DNA of 64,000 nt from Candidatus Heimdallarchaeum aukensis (GCA_021513695.1 CP084166.1:32001-96000), one strand, 5' to 3'. Shown: positions 1-10,760, numbered from the stretch's first letter. Program-made: numbers and translations. The notes: generated by a model from the letters alone, not told the origin.

Positions 1-115
1 TTCTCCCTCTCTTACTTTCTCTCGGTTCCTCTTTCACCAGTTTCTTAAGGAAAGGTTCATTAATGCTTATGAATTCTCTTGCTTTGTGGGGGTCTATGAT
101 CTGAAAGTAAGCCAT
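1..115 (-). CDS. Partial CDS of unknown function. Only the N-terminal 38 codons are in the window; the gene runs off the left edge.
   Basis: Reverse complement gives an ATG at 115-113. The frame stays open to position 1 (MAYFQIIDPHKAREFISINEPFLKKLVKEEPRESKRGR...). No family recognised. Confidence 0.3.
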   Translation of the reverse strand, partial: MAYFQIIDPHKAREFISINEPFLKKLVKEEPRESKRGR

Positions 116-258
116 ACTTCCGACATAAACCCCCACATTAATAAAAATTAATTTTTGGGCATGCTTCTTAAGTTGATTAATGATCTATCTTAAAATTATT
201 CTTTTTAATTATCTAATTAATAGAAAATATTAATATATAAGGTGGAAATAAACTGAAT

Positions 259-3147
259 ATGGCTATCAAAACCAAAAAAAACTCCACAAAGAAGAATTTA
301 ATTACTGTTTTTGTAATTTTCTTGGTTTGTTTTAGTTTTATAAATTGTTTAACCTCTAACTTGTTAACTGTAGTAGCTTCAGGAAGCGGAGATTTTCCAC
401 CTCCAAGTAGTGGAGAATGGACAATATCTCAAGAAACAATAGTTAATTCTGAAGTTATTTATATTAATGATTCAGTTTCAATAGAAAGTGGAGGATCTTT
501 AGTATTAGAAAATTGTGTAATAGAAATGAATGGTAATGAAGATGACAAAGCTAATTTTATAGTTAATAATAATGGTAATCTTACAATAATTAATTCTAAA
601 ATAGAAGCTTTTTCTGATTATTCATGGTACATCGAAGCAGAAGAAGGAGCTTCACTTAAAATTACTGACTCAACCCTAATAAACTTCAAAGGAAGCCAAT
701 ATACATCAGTAATTACACTCTATAACAATTATTCTGAAATTACAAACAATAGTATCTCAAACTTCAAATATAAAGCCATTTTTGCTAGATTTACTAGTCA
801 TCATAATAATATTACAAAAAACAAAATAAGTGGAGGGCTTGTTGGTTTTGAAGTAGTCGATGGATGGTACAACGAGATAAATGATAATGAGTTTCACTTA
901 CTATCACAATTTGCGATTGCTATTAATAATGGTAGTTTTTCAAATATTCTTCGAAATAAAATATTTAATGTTTCTTCTATCGCAATCAATTTCCAAAAAT
1001 CAAAGAATGTTTTATGCAATAACAACAATATTTCTACGTCTAAAACTGCAATTGAGTGCTATTCAATCTATAATAGTAGTATCTCTAATAATATGTTCTC
1101 TAATATTCATGATTATTCAATTAGAGTATATACAGGGAATAATGTCACAATATCAAACAATTCAATTGATAATAGCGATTTAGCAAAAGGCATTATTAAT
1201 TCAGCTATTAGCCTGAGTGCGTGTAATAATTTTTCTATTAATGAAAATTCAATAATAAATACCCCAAGAACAGCTCTAGAAATTTTAAGTTCAACAAATT
1301 GTAGAATTTTTAACAATGTTTTTTCCATTAATAATTACTCTATCTTTATCTCTAGTTCTAATTATCTTGAAATTAAAAACAATTTACTATCTTATTCGAA
1401 TGATTATTCTATGTGGTTTATTAAATCAGATTTTTCATTGTTTGAAAACAACACAGTTAATTTTGGTCAATCTTGTGGAATTAGACTAAGTAGCTGTAAC
1501 AATAATTCTATATTAAGGAACATCATATTCAATAATAGTAAATATGGTATCGATATTTCTTCAAGTAATAATAATACGATACTGGAAAATGTTTTTGTTT
1601 TAAACAATAATGGTTCTATTCAAGCTTATGATAATGGATTAAATAATAGCTGGTATAGTAATTTAGAATCTGTTGGTAATTTTTGGAGTGATAATAATGG
1701 ATCATCTTTCTATTTAATAAATGGTGAATCAGGTTCTATGGATATTTTTGCGAATTATTCTGATTACGATAAAGATTTTATTCCTGATTATTATGAACTT
1801 GAAGTTGGTTTAGATATAACAATAAATGATGCTAATGACGACTTAGATGGGGATGGTTTGTCAAACTTCGAAGAATTTACTCTGGGTACTTTTCCTAATG
1901 ATCCTGATAGCGATGATGATGGTTTAATTGATTCAGTAGAAGTAGACTTGAAAACTGATCCTATGTCTAATGATACAGACAATGACAACCTTATTGATGG
2001 GTTAGAAATTCAATATGGATGTGACCCCTTTTCAAATGATACAGACATGGATGGACTAGATGACTGGTCAGAGATATTCTACTACTTCACTGACCCTTTA
2101 GATTATGACACTGATGGTGATGGGTTATCTGACTCTGATGAAGTTTATGCATATAATACAGACCCATTGGACGCTGACACTGATGATGATGGCTTAAATG
2201 ATGTAACTGAAGTACTAGGTTATGGTACTGATCCCAATGATGCAGATACAGATGGAGATGGATTAACAGATTACGAAGAAGTGATTGAATATTTTACTGA
2301 TCCTACGGATGTTGATACTGATGGTGATGGTTTAACAGATTATGAAGAGGTAAAATATTATGGAACAAATCCTAGGAAAGCTGACACTGATGGTGATGGA
2401 ATTTCTGACAATGATGAATTAATTCAAGGAAAAGATCCATTAGTCAATGAGAAACAAAGAAATGTAAGGATAATAATTATTGTATTTTCTGCTTTAGGTT
2501 CTGGTATACTGTTTATAGGATTAACTGTGCTGTTGATACTATTCCTGATAGAAAAGAACAAAAATAAAGAACAAGCATTGTTATCCCTTTTCAAGAAAAA
2601 AATTAGAGAACTAGAAAAGAAAATTAATATTATTGAAACAACAAAAATTGAAGAACTTATGTCTAAGACAGAAGAAAGAGCGAAAATTGATACTTTTTTC
2701 AATGAATTCCTTGAGGTTTTAGTGGACTTCGCAACATATTTTCTGGAAAATGAGGAATTAATTGAGAATAAAAAATGGTTACAAGCCAAAAAGAAGCTAA
2801 ATGAAGAATTAGATAAAGTGAGAGATTGGATTAATAAAAATCTACGTGCTCTAAAGGAATATGATATTTATGACAAACTAGTAAACCAGATAGATGGATT
2901 AGAAAATAAAGAAGAAATTAAGATTAGCAAGTTAGAAGCTTATAAGGAGATTGAAATTGCAAAAGGTATTTTGAGAGAATTCAAAAAAGTAGTAGAGAAA
3001 ACTTCTCCTTTTATCAACAAATTTTCCTATTCTACTTTAACTAAATATTGGGAGATTACAACTGAACTTATATTTGCTAATATGACACAGCTAGAAAAAA
3101 TTGAGGAAAAAATAAAAGATCTACTGGAAAGAGAGAAAACTCTATAA
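259..3147 (+). CDS. Type I membrane surface protein. It has an N-terminal signal/anchor, right-handed parallel beta-helix repeats, a thrombospondin type-3 (TSP3) Ca-binding repeat array, a TM helix and a roughly 195-aa cytoplasmic coiled-coil tail.
   Basis: - Hydrophobic N-terminus: [18 protein letters not shown].
- Many approximately 22-aa N/I/S-rich repeats (..I.NN.IS.....I....S.NN.I.NN) typical of PbH1/NosD-type beta-helices.
- At least 10 DxDxDGLxDxxE motifs at DNA 1830-2440.
- TM segment [27 protein letters not shown] (2466-2550).
- K/E-rich heptad-like tail (2551-3144).
- SD-like AGGTGG at 239-244. Confidence 0.8.
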   Translation: MAIKTKKNSTKKNLITVFVIFLVCFSFINCLTSNLLTVVASGSGDFPPPSSGEWTISQETIVNSEVIYINDSVSIESGGSLVLENCVIEMNGNEDDKANFIVNNNGNLTIINSKIEAFSDYSWYIEAEEGASLKITDSTLINFKGSQYTSVITLYNNYSEITNNSISNFKYKAIFARFTSHHNNITKNKISGGLVGFEVVDGWYNEINDNEFHLLSQFAIAINNGSFSNILRNKIFNVSSIAINFQKSKNVLCNNNNISTSKTAIECYSIYNSSISNNMFSNIHDYSIRVYTGNNVTISNNSIDNSDLAKGIINSAISLSACNNFSINENSIINTPRTALEILSSTNCRIFNNVFSINNYSIFISSSNYLEIKNNLLSYSNDYSMWFIKSDFSLFENNTVNFGQSCGIRLSSCNNNSILRNIIFNNSKYGIDISSSNNNTILENVFVLNNNGSIQAYDNGLNNSWYSNLESVGNFWSDNNGSSFYLINGESGSMDIFANYSDYDKDFIPDYYELEVGLDITINDANDDLDGDGLSNFEEFTLGTFPNDPDSDDDGLIDSVEVDLKTDPMSNDTDNDNLIDGLEIQYGCDPFSNDTDMDGLDDWSEIFYYFTDPLDYDTDGDGLSDSDEVYAYNTDPLDADTDDDGLNDVTEVLGYGTDPNDADTDGDGLTDYEEVIEYFTDPTDVDTDGDGLTDYEEVKYYGTNPRKADTDGDGISDNDELIQGKDPLVNEKQRNVRIIIIVFSALGSGILFIGLTVLLILFLIEKNKNKEQALLSLFKKKIRELEKKINIIETTKIEELMSKTEERAKIDTFFNEFLEVLVDFATYFLENEELIENKKWLQAKKKLNEELDKVRDWINKNLRALKEYDIYDKLVNQIDGLENKEEIKISKLEAYKEIEIAKGILREFKKVVEKTSPFINKFSYSTLTKYWEITTELIFANMTQLEKIEEKIKDLLEREKTL
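1830..2440 (+). repeat. In-frame TSP3-type Ca-binding repeat array within CDS 259..3147.
   Basis: Reiterated DxDxDGLxDxxE codon blocks (gat..gat..gat gg. tta ..). Confidence 0.8.
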
Positions 3148-3497
3148 TCTTAATGTTGTTTTTTTCTATTTTTCTTCTTTTACTATTTCTTTTTTAGTTA
3201 AATATTAATTTTAAACTTTGTAACTAGTTTTTCTTGAGAAAGGACTCTTCTCCAGTGAAAAAAACCATCTTCTTGGAATTTGGTCATAATAAAAACATAC
3301 TACCTTTTCGGCAATGGAAATTACCTTTTTTTCCTCTGAAAAGTGGATGCAAATTTATTTATGTGAAGTACTCATTAACCGTCCTAAACGTTTTTTCAAT
3401 GTTCTACCTATGTTTACAAAATATCAGAAATATGTAAAAAGAATAATAAAAGCAAAATAAAAGTAAAAAGAACAAGAAAAAAAGATATAAAAAGATA

Positions 3498-6400
3498 TTA
3501 TTTTCTAGATCTATTTGTTTTTATTGCAAGAATGGTCAAGCCTAAGAGTCCTAGAACGAAATAGAGGAAACTGAATGGATTTTTGGTTGTAGTCTCTTCT
3601 GGATGACTGTTTGAGTCAATAGGGTTAAAACCATTAGACGCTTCGTATCCATCAGTCCAACCATCTCCATCAGTGTCATTATTATGAGGATCAGTATTCC
3701 AATAGAATTCATCTCTATTAGTTAAACCATCTTCATCAGGATCTTCATTAGCATCATCTACTAAAGGATCTAAGTTGTTGTCTACTTCCCAACCATCAGG
3801 CATACCATCATCGTCGGTATCACTGTCAGTAGGGTCGGTGTTATTTGTATATTCTCCTAGATTTGATAAACCATCACTGTCTTTATCATCAGACCCATCA
3901 TCTGTTAATGGGTTTAATTCATATTTTAGTTCCCATCCATCGTCCATTCCATCTCCATCAGTATCTGCGTCAGTGCTTTGAGTGCCTAAAACTACATCTT
4001 CAAGGATATCATCTAAACCGTCTCCATCTATATCAGTTCCACTTATTGGATAAAGATCGACTGAAGAAGCCGTTCCTTGAATATTGGTATAAGTTCCTGT
4101 TGTTCCATTGTAGTCTGACCAATAGTTACCTACTTTTATTTCATCATTATACCATAGATTATTTGACCCATCATCTATAGCTAAAGTAATTTGGTCAAAG
4201 AATAAATAAGAAGCTGAAACGAAATAATTTTGATAGATTAGAGCATTAGAAATCGTAGAAGATAGTGAGATTAAGCAATAAATTTGCCTAATTTCTCCAT
4301 TAATATCAATTATGTCGAATATTTTATTGTACGTAATAATTGCTCCATCAATATCTCCATCTAAACGAATCCCTGCATTAGATACCGTGTTTTCTATGAT
4401 ATTTATAACATTTCTAGTAATCTCGAGATTTTCCCATTGTCCACGAATGTATATTCCTATAGTTCCTCCAGAATTTATTTCATTGTTGTCTATAACAAAA
4501 TTATTTCCTCCATCATTGGCGAAATAAATACCACTGTAAGATGATCCTAGATTTGTTGTTATTTGGTTATATGAGATAGTTATATTGTTGAAGATATTAC
4601 CACTAGCAACATAAATTCCTTTATTACAGTTGCTTATTTGGCTATTAGTTATTATTACATTGTCTACTTTTCTAGCATAATCAGCATAAAGTTCAATTCC
4701 TGAATCTACATTGGAGATGATGGTGTTATTTATTATTAAGCCGTCTGCGGCATAGACATCAATAGCGATTTCTTCATAATTTGATATTATTACATTTTTT
4801 ATTGTAAGATTTTCACTATCAAAAATATATATTGCTTTTGTTGATGTACCATCATGTAAATTTAGGTCTTCAAGAAAAACATTTTTTGAAGTATCAATAC
4901 TTATACTTCCATGTTCAATCTCTGCATTTACAAAAGTAATATTGGTAACTTCGTAAAAGTTTGAGGTACCTGAAAGGGTGTTACTTGTTATTTCGAAATT
5001 ACTAGAATAAGAAATGTAAAACGAGGTATTGGATGACAATATAGCATTATTTGTTATTTCTGTGAACTTTTCTGGCAGATTTGCAATAGTAAAAGCTCTA
5101 TCTACATTTTCAATATAATTGTTGGTAATGTATGTATTTCCTTCCAAAGCGTTACCATAAGAGGAAGTTATTGTGAAAACTTTTTCTGAATCTGAAATAT
5201 CGTTATTATCAAAAGTGACATTACCCACGTAAATTAGATCAAAAGCGGTATTATTAGCGTCTACTATCTCATTATTCACTATTGTAATATTATCATTTAT
5301 TACATAATTTGTGTTATATTTTTTATTTATATCAAGACCGTAAGATACACCTTCTATTATGTTATCTTTAAAAGTCAGAGTAATATTTGCAGTAGTAGAA
5401 TAATCTAAACACATTCCTTTATTTGCTTCATTAATAGTATTTCCTGTCACATTTAATGATTTCGTGTCATATACTATAATTCCATTATAGGCGTTGATAA
5501 ACTCGTTAGAAATTATAATTATTTCTTCATCAGCATATTGATCAATAGGATTCATAATATAAATCGCATTATCGTAAATATTTTCGAAACCGTTACCGGA
5601 AACAGTAATACTTTTTGAATCTTTAATTAAAATTCCTAAATCTGTATTTGATATAGAAAGTGATTTAATGTTAATATTAGTACAATCAATTAGAAATATC
5701 TGACCATAAATGTTAGTGTCAATATTTTTCGTATCGTTGCTAACAAAATAACCTACTTCTTTATTATTTACTTTGTTTCCCTTTACTATTATTGTATTAG
5801 CTTTTTCTTTAAGTGGTGCTAAAAACATCCCATCATTTACTAAAGTATTATTAACAATCTCAATAGTATCTGTTGTTTCCTTAGCAAGATAGATTCCATA
5901 TCCTTTATTTGACTCTATTGAATTATTTGCTATTATTTCATCATTTGATCCACCATTAATTAACAATCCAATATCATCGTTATTATTTATTGAATTATTT
6001 GCAATAGTAATAAAGTCTCCAGTAATATCTATACCTTTATTGTTGAATGAACAGTTATTTCCAGTTATAATTACGTTGTTTGAACCAGTTGAATAAATCC
6101 CTGCGTTACTATTAGATGAACAGGTATTATTTGCAATTATTGCGTTATTAACACCGTAAATGTTTATTCCATTATTACTTCCTGTTATGGTATTATTTAT
6201 TATCTTCTGACTATTAGTCATATAAACATTAATTCCATCTTCATTTCCACTTACAGTGTTTGATTCAATAGTTGCGATTCCATCAGCCACAGATACAATA
6301 TATATTCCCTTTCTAGATGCTTCAATAGAACAATTGACTATCTTAAAGTAAGCTGTTACGCTTAAACTATGAATATAAATTCCATAGTCTGATGATGTCT

Positions 6401-6614
6401 GTATTTTTAAGTTACTGATTATGTAAGGATCGTCTACTGTACCTGCTCCATCAACAACACCATTAGCTGAAGTAAAATCACTATCTGAAGCAATTACTAT
6501 TGGGTCATGTGTTGTGTATATTTTCAGTTTAGACTGTACGTTATTTAAACTTACAATCAATCCACTGCTAATTACAAGCATTATTAAAAACAATGATTTA
6601 TAGTTTTTCATCAA
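3498..6614 (-). CDS. Surface protein with a signal peptide, a long parallel beta-helix repeat region, TSP3 repeats and a C-terminal TM anchor.
   Basis: - N-terminal signal: MMKNYKSLFLIMLVISSGLIVSL.
- Dozens of beta-helix repeats (NN.I..N..GI.....SNN.I.NN.).
- DxDxDGxxDxxE motifs near the C-terminus (DNA about 3640-4030).
- C-terminal FSFLYFVLGLLGLTILAIKTNRSRK anchor. Confidence 0.8.
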   Translation of the reverse strand: MMKNYKSLFLIMLVISSGLIVSLNNVQSKLKIYTTHDPIVIASDSDFTSANGVVDGAGTVDDPYIISNLKIQTSSDYGIYIHSLSVTAYFKIVNCSIEASRKGIYIVSVADGIATIESNTVSGNEDGINVYMTNSQKIINNTITGSNNGINIYGVNNAIIANNTCSSNSNAGIYSTGSNNVIITGNNCSFNNKGIDITGDFITIANNSINNNDDIGLLINGGSNDEIIANNSIESNKGYGIYLAKETTDTIEIVNNTLVNDGMFLAPLKEKANTIIVKGNKVNNKEVGYFVSNDTKNIDTNIYGQIFLIDCTNINIKSLSISNTDLGILIKDSKSITVSGNGFENIYDNAIYIMNPIDQYADEEIIIISNEFINAYNGIIVYDTKSLNVTGNTINEANKGMCLDYSTTANITLTFKDNIIEGVSYGLDINKKYNTNYVINDNITIVNNEIVDANNTAFDLIYVGNVTFDNNDISDSEKVFTITSSYGNALEGNTYITNNYIENVDRAFTIANLPEKFTEITNNAILSSNTSFYISYSSNFEITSNTLSGTSNFYEVTNITFVNAEIEHGSISIDTSKNVFLEDLNLHDGTSTKAIYIFDSENLTIKNVIISNYEEIAIDVYAADGLIINNTIISNVDSGIELYADYARKVDNVIITNSQISNCNKGIYVASGNIFNNITISYNQITTNLGSSYSGIYFANDGGNNFVIDNNEINSGGTIGIYIRGQWENLEITRNVINIIENTVSNAGIRLDGDIDGAIITYNKIFDIIDINGEIRQIYCLISLSSTISNALIYQNYFVSASYLFFDQITLAIDDGSNNLWYNDEIKVGNYWSDYNGTTGTYTNIQGTASSVDLYPISGTDIDGDGLDDILEDVVLGTQSTDADTDGDGMDDGWELKYELNPLTDDGSDDKDSDGLSNLGEYTNNTDPTDSDTDDDGMPDGWEVDNNLDPLVDDANEDPDEDGLTNRDEFYWNTDPHNNDTDGDGWTDGYEASNGFNPIDSNSHPEETTTKNPFSFLYFVLGLLGLTILAIKTNRSRK

Positions 6615-6770
6615 TATTCATAGAAGTTCCTTTAACGTATTTTATAAAGATATTTAAAAAACAAATATATGTTTAAAAATTTTAAGACATTATCAAACAA
6701 TTATAAACTTATAACAACAAAAAAAGGCATAAAAAAAAGTTTTAATCTTTTTTTAAATTAGGTGATGTGG

Positions 6771-6790
6771 AAATAACAAATTTGTTATTT
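6771..6790. promoter_or_regulatory. Perfect 20-nt palindrome in a divergent intergenic region; a candidate operator.
   Basis: AAATAACAAATTTGTTATTT lies between the divergent genes 3498..6614(-) and 6911..7594(+). Confidence 0.3.
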
Positions 6791-6910
6791 TTATTGAAAT
6801 TTTGAACCTTCTCCCTCTAGACTAAATTTGAAGGAAATAAAAAATGGTTAAATTTCACAAGGAACAATCTTTTGTACTAAAATTTTTATAGCAATGTTAA
6901 CATTTTTTCA

Positions 6911-7594
6911 ATGATAAAAATGAATATTGAGGGAATTGATTTTCACTGGTTAGGACACGATAGTTTTCTTATCCAAGCCAAAGGTAAGAATATCTATATT
7001 GATCCTTATAAATTAACAAAAAAAGATCTTCCAGAAGCTGATATAATAATCACAACACATGATCATTTTGATCATTGTAATCCAGAAGCTATCGAACAGA
7101 TATGTGGTGAAAAAACTATTTTAGTTGGTCCTAAAGTAACAATAGATAAACTCAATGATATCTCCAAAAAGAAAAAGGTAATTGAACTTAATCCTTATGA
7201 TGAAAAGGAAATTGATGGAATAAAAATTAGTGCAATTCCTGCTTATAACACTCACCGTTTCCGTGATCCAGAAACAAAAACACCTTTTCATCCCAAGGAA
7301 TCAGGACATATAGGACCTATTATTGATGTTGATGGTGTAAAAATTTATCACGCTGGAGATACAGATAAAATACCAGAAATGGAGGACTTAAAGCCACATA
7401 TTGCATTAATTCCAGTTAGTGGTACATACGTAATGGATGTTCCAGAAGCAGTTGAAGCTGCAAAAGTAATTAGTGCTAAAATAACTATCCCAATGCATGT
7501 TGGAAGGGGAATTGGAGAATTATCTTATAGAGAAGAATTTAAAGAAAAACTTGAAAACATGGAAGTAATCCTCTTAGATTTAGAAGAAAGTTAG
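6911..7594 (+). CDS. Metallo-beta-lactamase-fold hydrolase (UPF0173-like).
   Basis: ITTHDHFDH matches the HxHxDH zinc motif. Later YHAGDT and PMH motifs are present. The roughly 225-aa size is typical. Confidence 0.7.
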   Translation: MIKMNIEGIDFHWLGHDSFLIQAKGKNIYIDPYKLTKKDLPEADIIITTHDHFDHCNPEAIEQICGEKTILVGPKVTIDKLNDISKKKKVIELNPYDEKEIDGIKISAIPAYNTHRFRDPETKTPFHPKESGHIGPIIDVDGVKIYHAGDTDKIPEMEDLKPHIALIPVSGTYVMDVPEAVEAAKVISAKITIPMHVGRGIGELSYREEFKEKLENMEVILLDLEES

Positions 7595-7680
7595 CTTCTT
7601 TTTGCTTTCTTTTTTTCTCATTTTTTTCGTTTCAAATAATTGTTTATAAATAAGCTATTTTTTTTTAATCTCGAAGTCTT

Positions 7681-9105
7681 ATGGATGATTATGTGACAGT
7701 AGTAGATAAAAATGTTGAACCTACTAAAATTGAGGCTAAAAGAACTCATTTCGGTAATGTTTTTCTATGGTCTTCCTATGATGCTGCTGATACTCTTTTT
7801 TCTCAAGGAATAATTAGTATTGTTTTTCAACCCTTTGTTTTATTATTAGCTTATGAACAAGGTATAACTAATTATTGGACTGCTTTTGCTTTAATGTCAG
7901 CATTTATGGCTTTTTCAAACTTACTTGTAGCTATTTTTGGTCCAATAATTGGATCTATTAGTGATACGATAGGAAAACGAAAATCTGCCGTTCTTATTTC
8001 AGCATCATTAATGGTTATTTCGACACTAGCTTTCCTCATTTGGAGGAACTTTTGGTGGCTTTCAATAATGTTCGTTTTTGCTAACTTTGGTTATCAAGCA
8101 GGACGAATGTTTTACGATTCAATGATACCTTTCATTTCAAAAACAGATCAAAGAGGAATAACATCTGGTATTTCTGGTTCTCTTAGTTTTATTGGGACTT
8201 TTGCTGCCATTGGATTGGCTCAAGTAGCTTATTCAATATGGGGTAAGTTCTCAGAACCTGGAAAGGTATTTGAAGAAGGTGCATCAATAAGTTATACAAG
8301 CTTAGAATGGTTGACTGTTATAGTTATAGCAGGAATATTAGTTTTTACGATACCCTTTCTATTTTCAAAAGAAAAAGAGAATCCAAATTCATTTTCCTTC
8401 AAACAGAACTTAAAACAAGCTAGACTTGAATTTAAAGACACTTTGAAAGAGATTTTCAAGTACAAGAACGCTTTATTGTTTATTTTGGGTTGGTTTTTTG
8501 TAACTGATGCAAGTAATACTACAATTTTATACATGCAACTTGTAATGATTGATGGTGTAGGAGCTGATCCTGGTCAAGCATTAATGATTATTGCAATGGG
8601 TGGACTTTTATCAATGATTGGAGCAATTATTGTAGGTGTGCTTTTAGATAAACTTGGACCAAAGAAAAATTTCATTATCAACATATTCGCTTGGTTTATT
8701 GCAGTAAGTATAGCTATTATTGCATGTATTGAGGTAGATGGAAAACACATCGTTCCTTGGCAAATAATGTTCTTAGTTGGATTCTTTATTGGAATAGGAT
8801 TCGGAGGAATATGGCTTATCGGAAGACAATTTGTTTTTGAAGTTGCTCCTCCGAAGAAAGTTACTCAATATCAAGGATTTAAACAAATTGCAGGAAGAGT
8901 AAGCGCCATTATAAGCCCAATTATGTTCTTGTTGATGCTTGGTTTAGGTGCTAAACTTGGTTTGAGTATTTCCAATCAATATGCAATTGCTCTTGCTCCT
9001 CTCTTAATATTCTTTACAATTGGACTAATAATTGTTCTAAAATATGTTGATGTTCATAAAGAATATCTAGCTGGAGAAAGAGCTCCATATAAGAAATTAC
9101 AATAA
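7681..9105 (+). CDS. MFS transporter (UMF1/Atg22-like).
   Basis: About 12 hydrophobic helices. GPIIGSISDTIGKRK is an MFS loop 2-3 motif. A central hydrophilic loop is present. Confidence 0.6.
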   Translation: MDDYVTVVDKNVEPTKIEAKRTHFGNVFLWSSYDAADTLFSQGIISIVFQPFVLLLAYEQGITNYWTAFALMSAFMAFSNLLVAIFGPIIGSISDTIGKRKSAVLISASLMVISTLAFLIWRNFWWLSIMFVFANFGYQAGRMFYDSMIPFISKTDQRGITSGISGSLSFIGTFAAIGLAQVAYSIWGKFSEPGKVFEEGASISYTSLEWLTVIVIAGILVFTIPFLFSKEKENPNSFSFKQNLKQARLEFKDTLKEIFKYKNALLFILGWFFVTDASNTTILYMQLVMIDGVGADPGQALMIIAMGGLLSMIGAIIVGVLLDKLGPKKNFIINIFAWFIAVSIAIIACIEVDGKHIVPWQIMFLVGFFIGIGFGGIWLIGRQFVFEVAPPKKVTQYQGFKQIAGRVSAIISPIMFLLMLGLGAKLGLSISNQYAIALAPLLIFFTIGLIIVLKYVDVHKEYLAGERAPYKKLQ

Positions 9106-9233
9106 TAATCTAAACCCCTTCTTTTTTTCTTTAATTTTAATTACTTTTTTCTATAGTTAAAAGATTAGGATAAGAAAATAACGTAGATTGTTTACTATTT
9201 AAAATTAGAAAAAATATGTATTTTTAAATTAAA

Positions 9234-10496
9234 TTATTTATATTCACGAATAACTGGTAGAGTAACTACGCTTTCTATCCATGGTAATTTAGCTATAGAT
9301 TTCCTTATCAAGTTGTAAGCTTTTCCAATATTTCTTAATCTTATTGAAATTATTAAATCATAAACTCCTGAAGTATAAGCGACAGATTCTATACCCCTTA
9401 TTTGAGATAATTTTTCTAAATCGATTTTCTCTCCAATTTTTATTTTAGCAAAGATCAATCCTCTAGTTTCAGACATAGATAAGGTAACTACACCTATTAA
9501 AATAAGGATCGAACCTGATATTTTAAGGATTATACCTACTATATCATTTCCTCCTGAACTGAATATTGCTGGAAACCAAATTGCAAAAATAGCTGCCAAA
9601 GGATAAGTGGAGATAACGCTTATACTGTTTAAAGCTCTTACAATAGACATCTTCCCCATCGTAAGTGCTCTAGTGTAAGCAATTACACCAAGATAAACCA
9701 ATAACATTGAGCAAATTACAGGAACTAAAGAGGGTCTCCAATTTTCTTTTATCTCATTAAAACCTACTCTGTAGATACTAGGAAGCGATGCTATTACTTG
9801 CCCTGCTGTCATAATAAAAAGTGTCCATATTCTTAGACTTAGCGTATCTATCTTTCTTCCTTTATCATTTTTTGTTACTAAAGCTTTCTTTTGAAAAACA
9901 GTATATAATGCCGAAAATAAAGCAAATGGACCAAAGATAAGTAAAATACCTATAGCATCTAATTTTCCACCAGAAATTGTAGAAATCATTACTCCTACAG
10001 CTATCATTGTAATTGATTGGATTTCAATTGCAACAGGTTTTTCTCTTTCTGAAATAGAATCAGCAATAAGCAAGTAAACGAGAACAAATTGGCTAAATGG
10101 CATTATTAGAGATGCATCATACTTTTCTAAAAGAACAAAATAGAGTATAGTGTTTCCTGTAGCAAAAAGACCAGCAAGAAGGGTATATAGTAAAACTTTG
10201 CCTTTAGGAAACATTATTCCTTGAAAATTAGGGTCAAAATAGTAACCCAGAGTTTTCTTAAATTCTTTATCTTTGTTTGGTAGAGGAATAGAAAGAATAA
10301 GTATAAGAATTATTGACACTATTAAACCTACAACCATCTCATATGCTCCAAAAAGATAAGGATCAGTAATGAAACTGTTGCCAATTGCATCTAGTACTAC
10401 CCACAGGCTAGTGATTAAACCAGATCCCAAGGCTAGTAGATAAAACGTACTTTTTCTTCTAATTTTACTAAATTCTCTATGGGCTGCAATTGACAT
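9234..10496 (-). CDS. DMT/EamA-like 10-TM membrane protein fused to a C-terminal Lrp/AsnC-type ligand-binding (RAM) domain.
   Basis: The N-terminal roughly 340 aa are polytopic. The C-terminal roughly 75 aa (KIKIGEKIDLEKLSQIRGIESVAYTSGVYDLIISIRLRNIGKAYNLIRKSIAKLPWIESVVTLPVIREYK) follow the AsnC_trans_reg pattern (..V.....tG.yDl...v...d......l...l..l.gV..t.t..v). Confidence 0.6.
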   Translation of the reverse strand: MSIAAHREFSKIRRKSTFYLLALGSGLITSLWVVLDAIGNSFITDPYLFGAYEMVVGLIVSIILILILSIPLPNKDKEFKKTLGYYFDPNFQGIMFPKGKVLLYTLLAGLFATGNTILYFVLLEKYDASLIMPFSQFVLVYLLIADSISEREKPVAIEIQSITMIAVGVMISTISGGKLDAIGILLIFGPFALFSALYTVFQKKALVTKNDKGRKIDTLSLRIWTLFIMTAGQVIASLPSIYRVGFNEIKENWRPSLVPVICSMLLVYLGVIAYTRALTMGKMSIVRALNSISVISTYPLAAIFAIWFPAIFSSGGNDIVGIILKISGSILILIGVVTLSMSETRGLIFAKIKIGEKIDLEKLSQIRGIESVAYTSGVYDLIISIRLRNIGKAYNLIRKSIAKLPWIESVVTLPVIREYK

Positions 10497-10508
10497 ATAA
10501 AACTCTCC

Positions 10509-10760
10509 TTATTCTTCTCCAATTATTTCTTTCTCTACAATACAAGTTTGTGTACTTTCAAGACCTGGGATGAGATGTATGCACTCTGAAGTAATGTTGT
10601 AAAGTTCTTCTAAATCTTTAACTTTGATAGTAGCAACAATGTCCCACTCACCAGTAACAACAGCACAACTTGTTATCGCATGAATTTTTCTTAATTCATT
10701 GACCACTTCTTGAGTCTTACCTAATTTTACTGTCATAAGAATATATGCTGTGATTATCAT
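10509..10760 (-). CDS. Stand-alone Lrp/AsnC ligand-binding (RAM) domain protein with no HTH.
   Basis: The 83-aa protein contains AYILMTVKLGKTQEVVNELRKIHAITSCAVVTGEWDIVATIKVKDLEELYNITSECIHLIPGLESTQTCIV, which is the canonical RAM pattern. Confidence 0.7.
   Translation of the reverse strand: MIITAYILMTVKLGKTQEVVNELRKIHAITSCAVVTGEWDIVATIKVKDLEELYNITSECIHLIPGLESTQTCIVEKEIIGEE

Noticed and set aside
881-2789. Track ORFs 881..1183(+), 1113..1328(-), 1791..1988(-) and 2424..2789(-) inside the beta-helix/TSP3 gene.
   Set aside because: They overlap a much longer ORF with clear domain structure, in other frames or on the other strand. Their translations are low-complexity shadows of the repeat codons.
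3234-3437. A 67-aa ORF in the spacer between the two convergent beta-helix genes.
   Set aside because: It has no SD, no recognisable motif and odd composition, and it lies in a terminator-like T-rich spacer. It is most likely non-coding.
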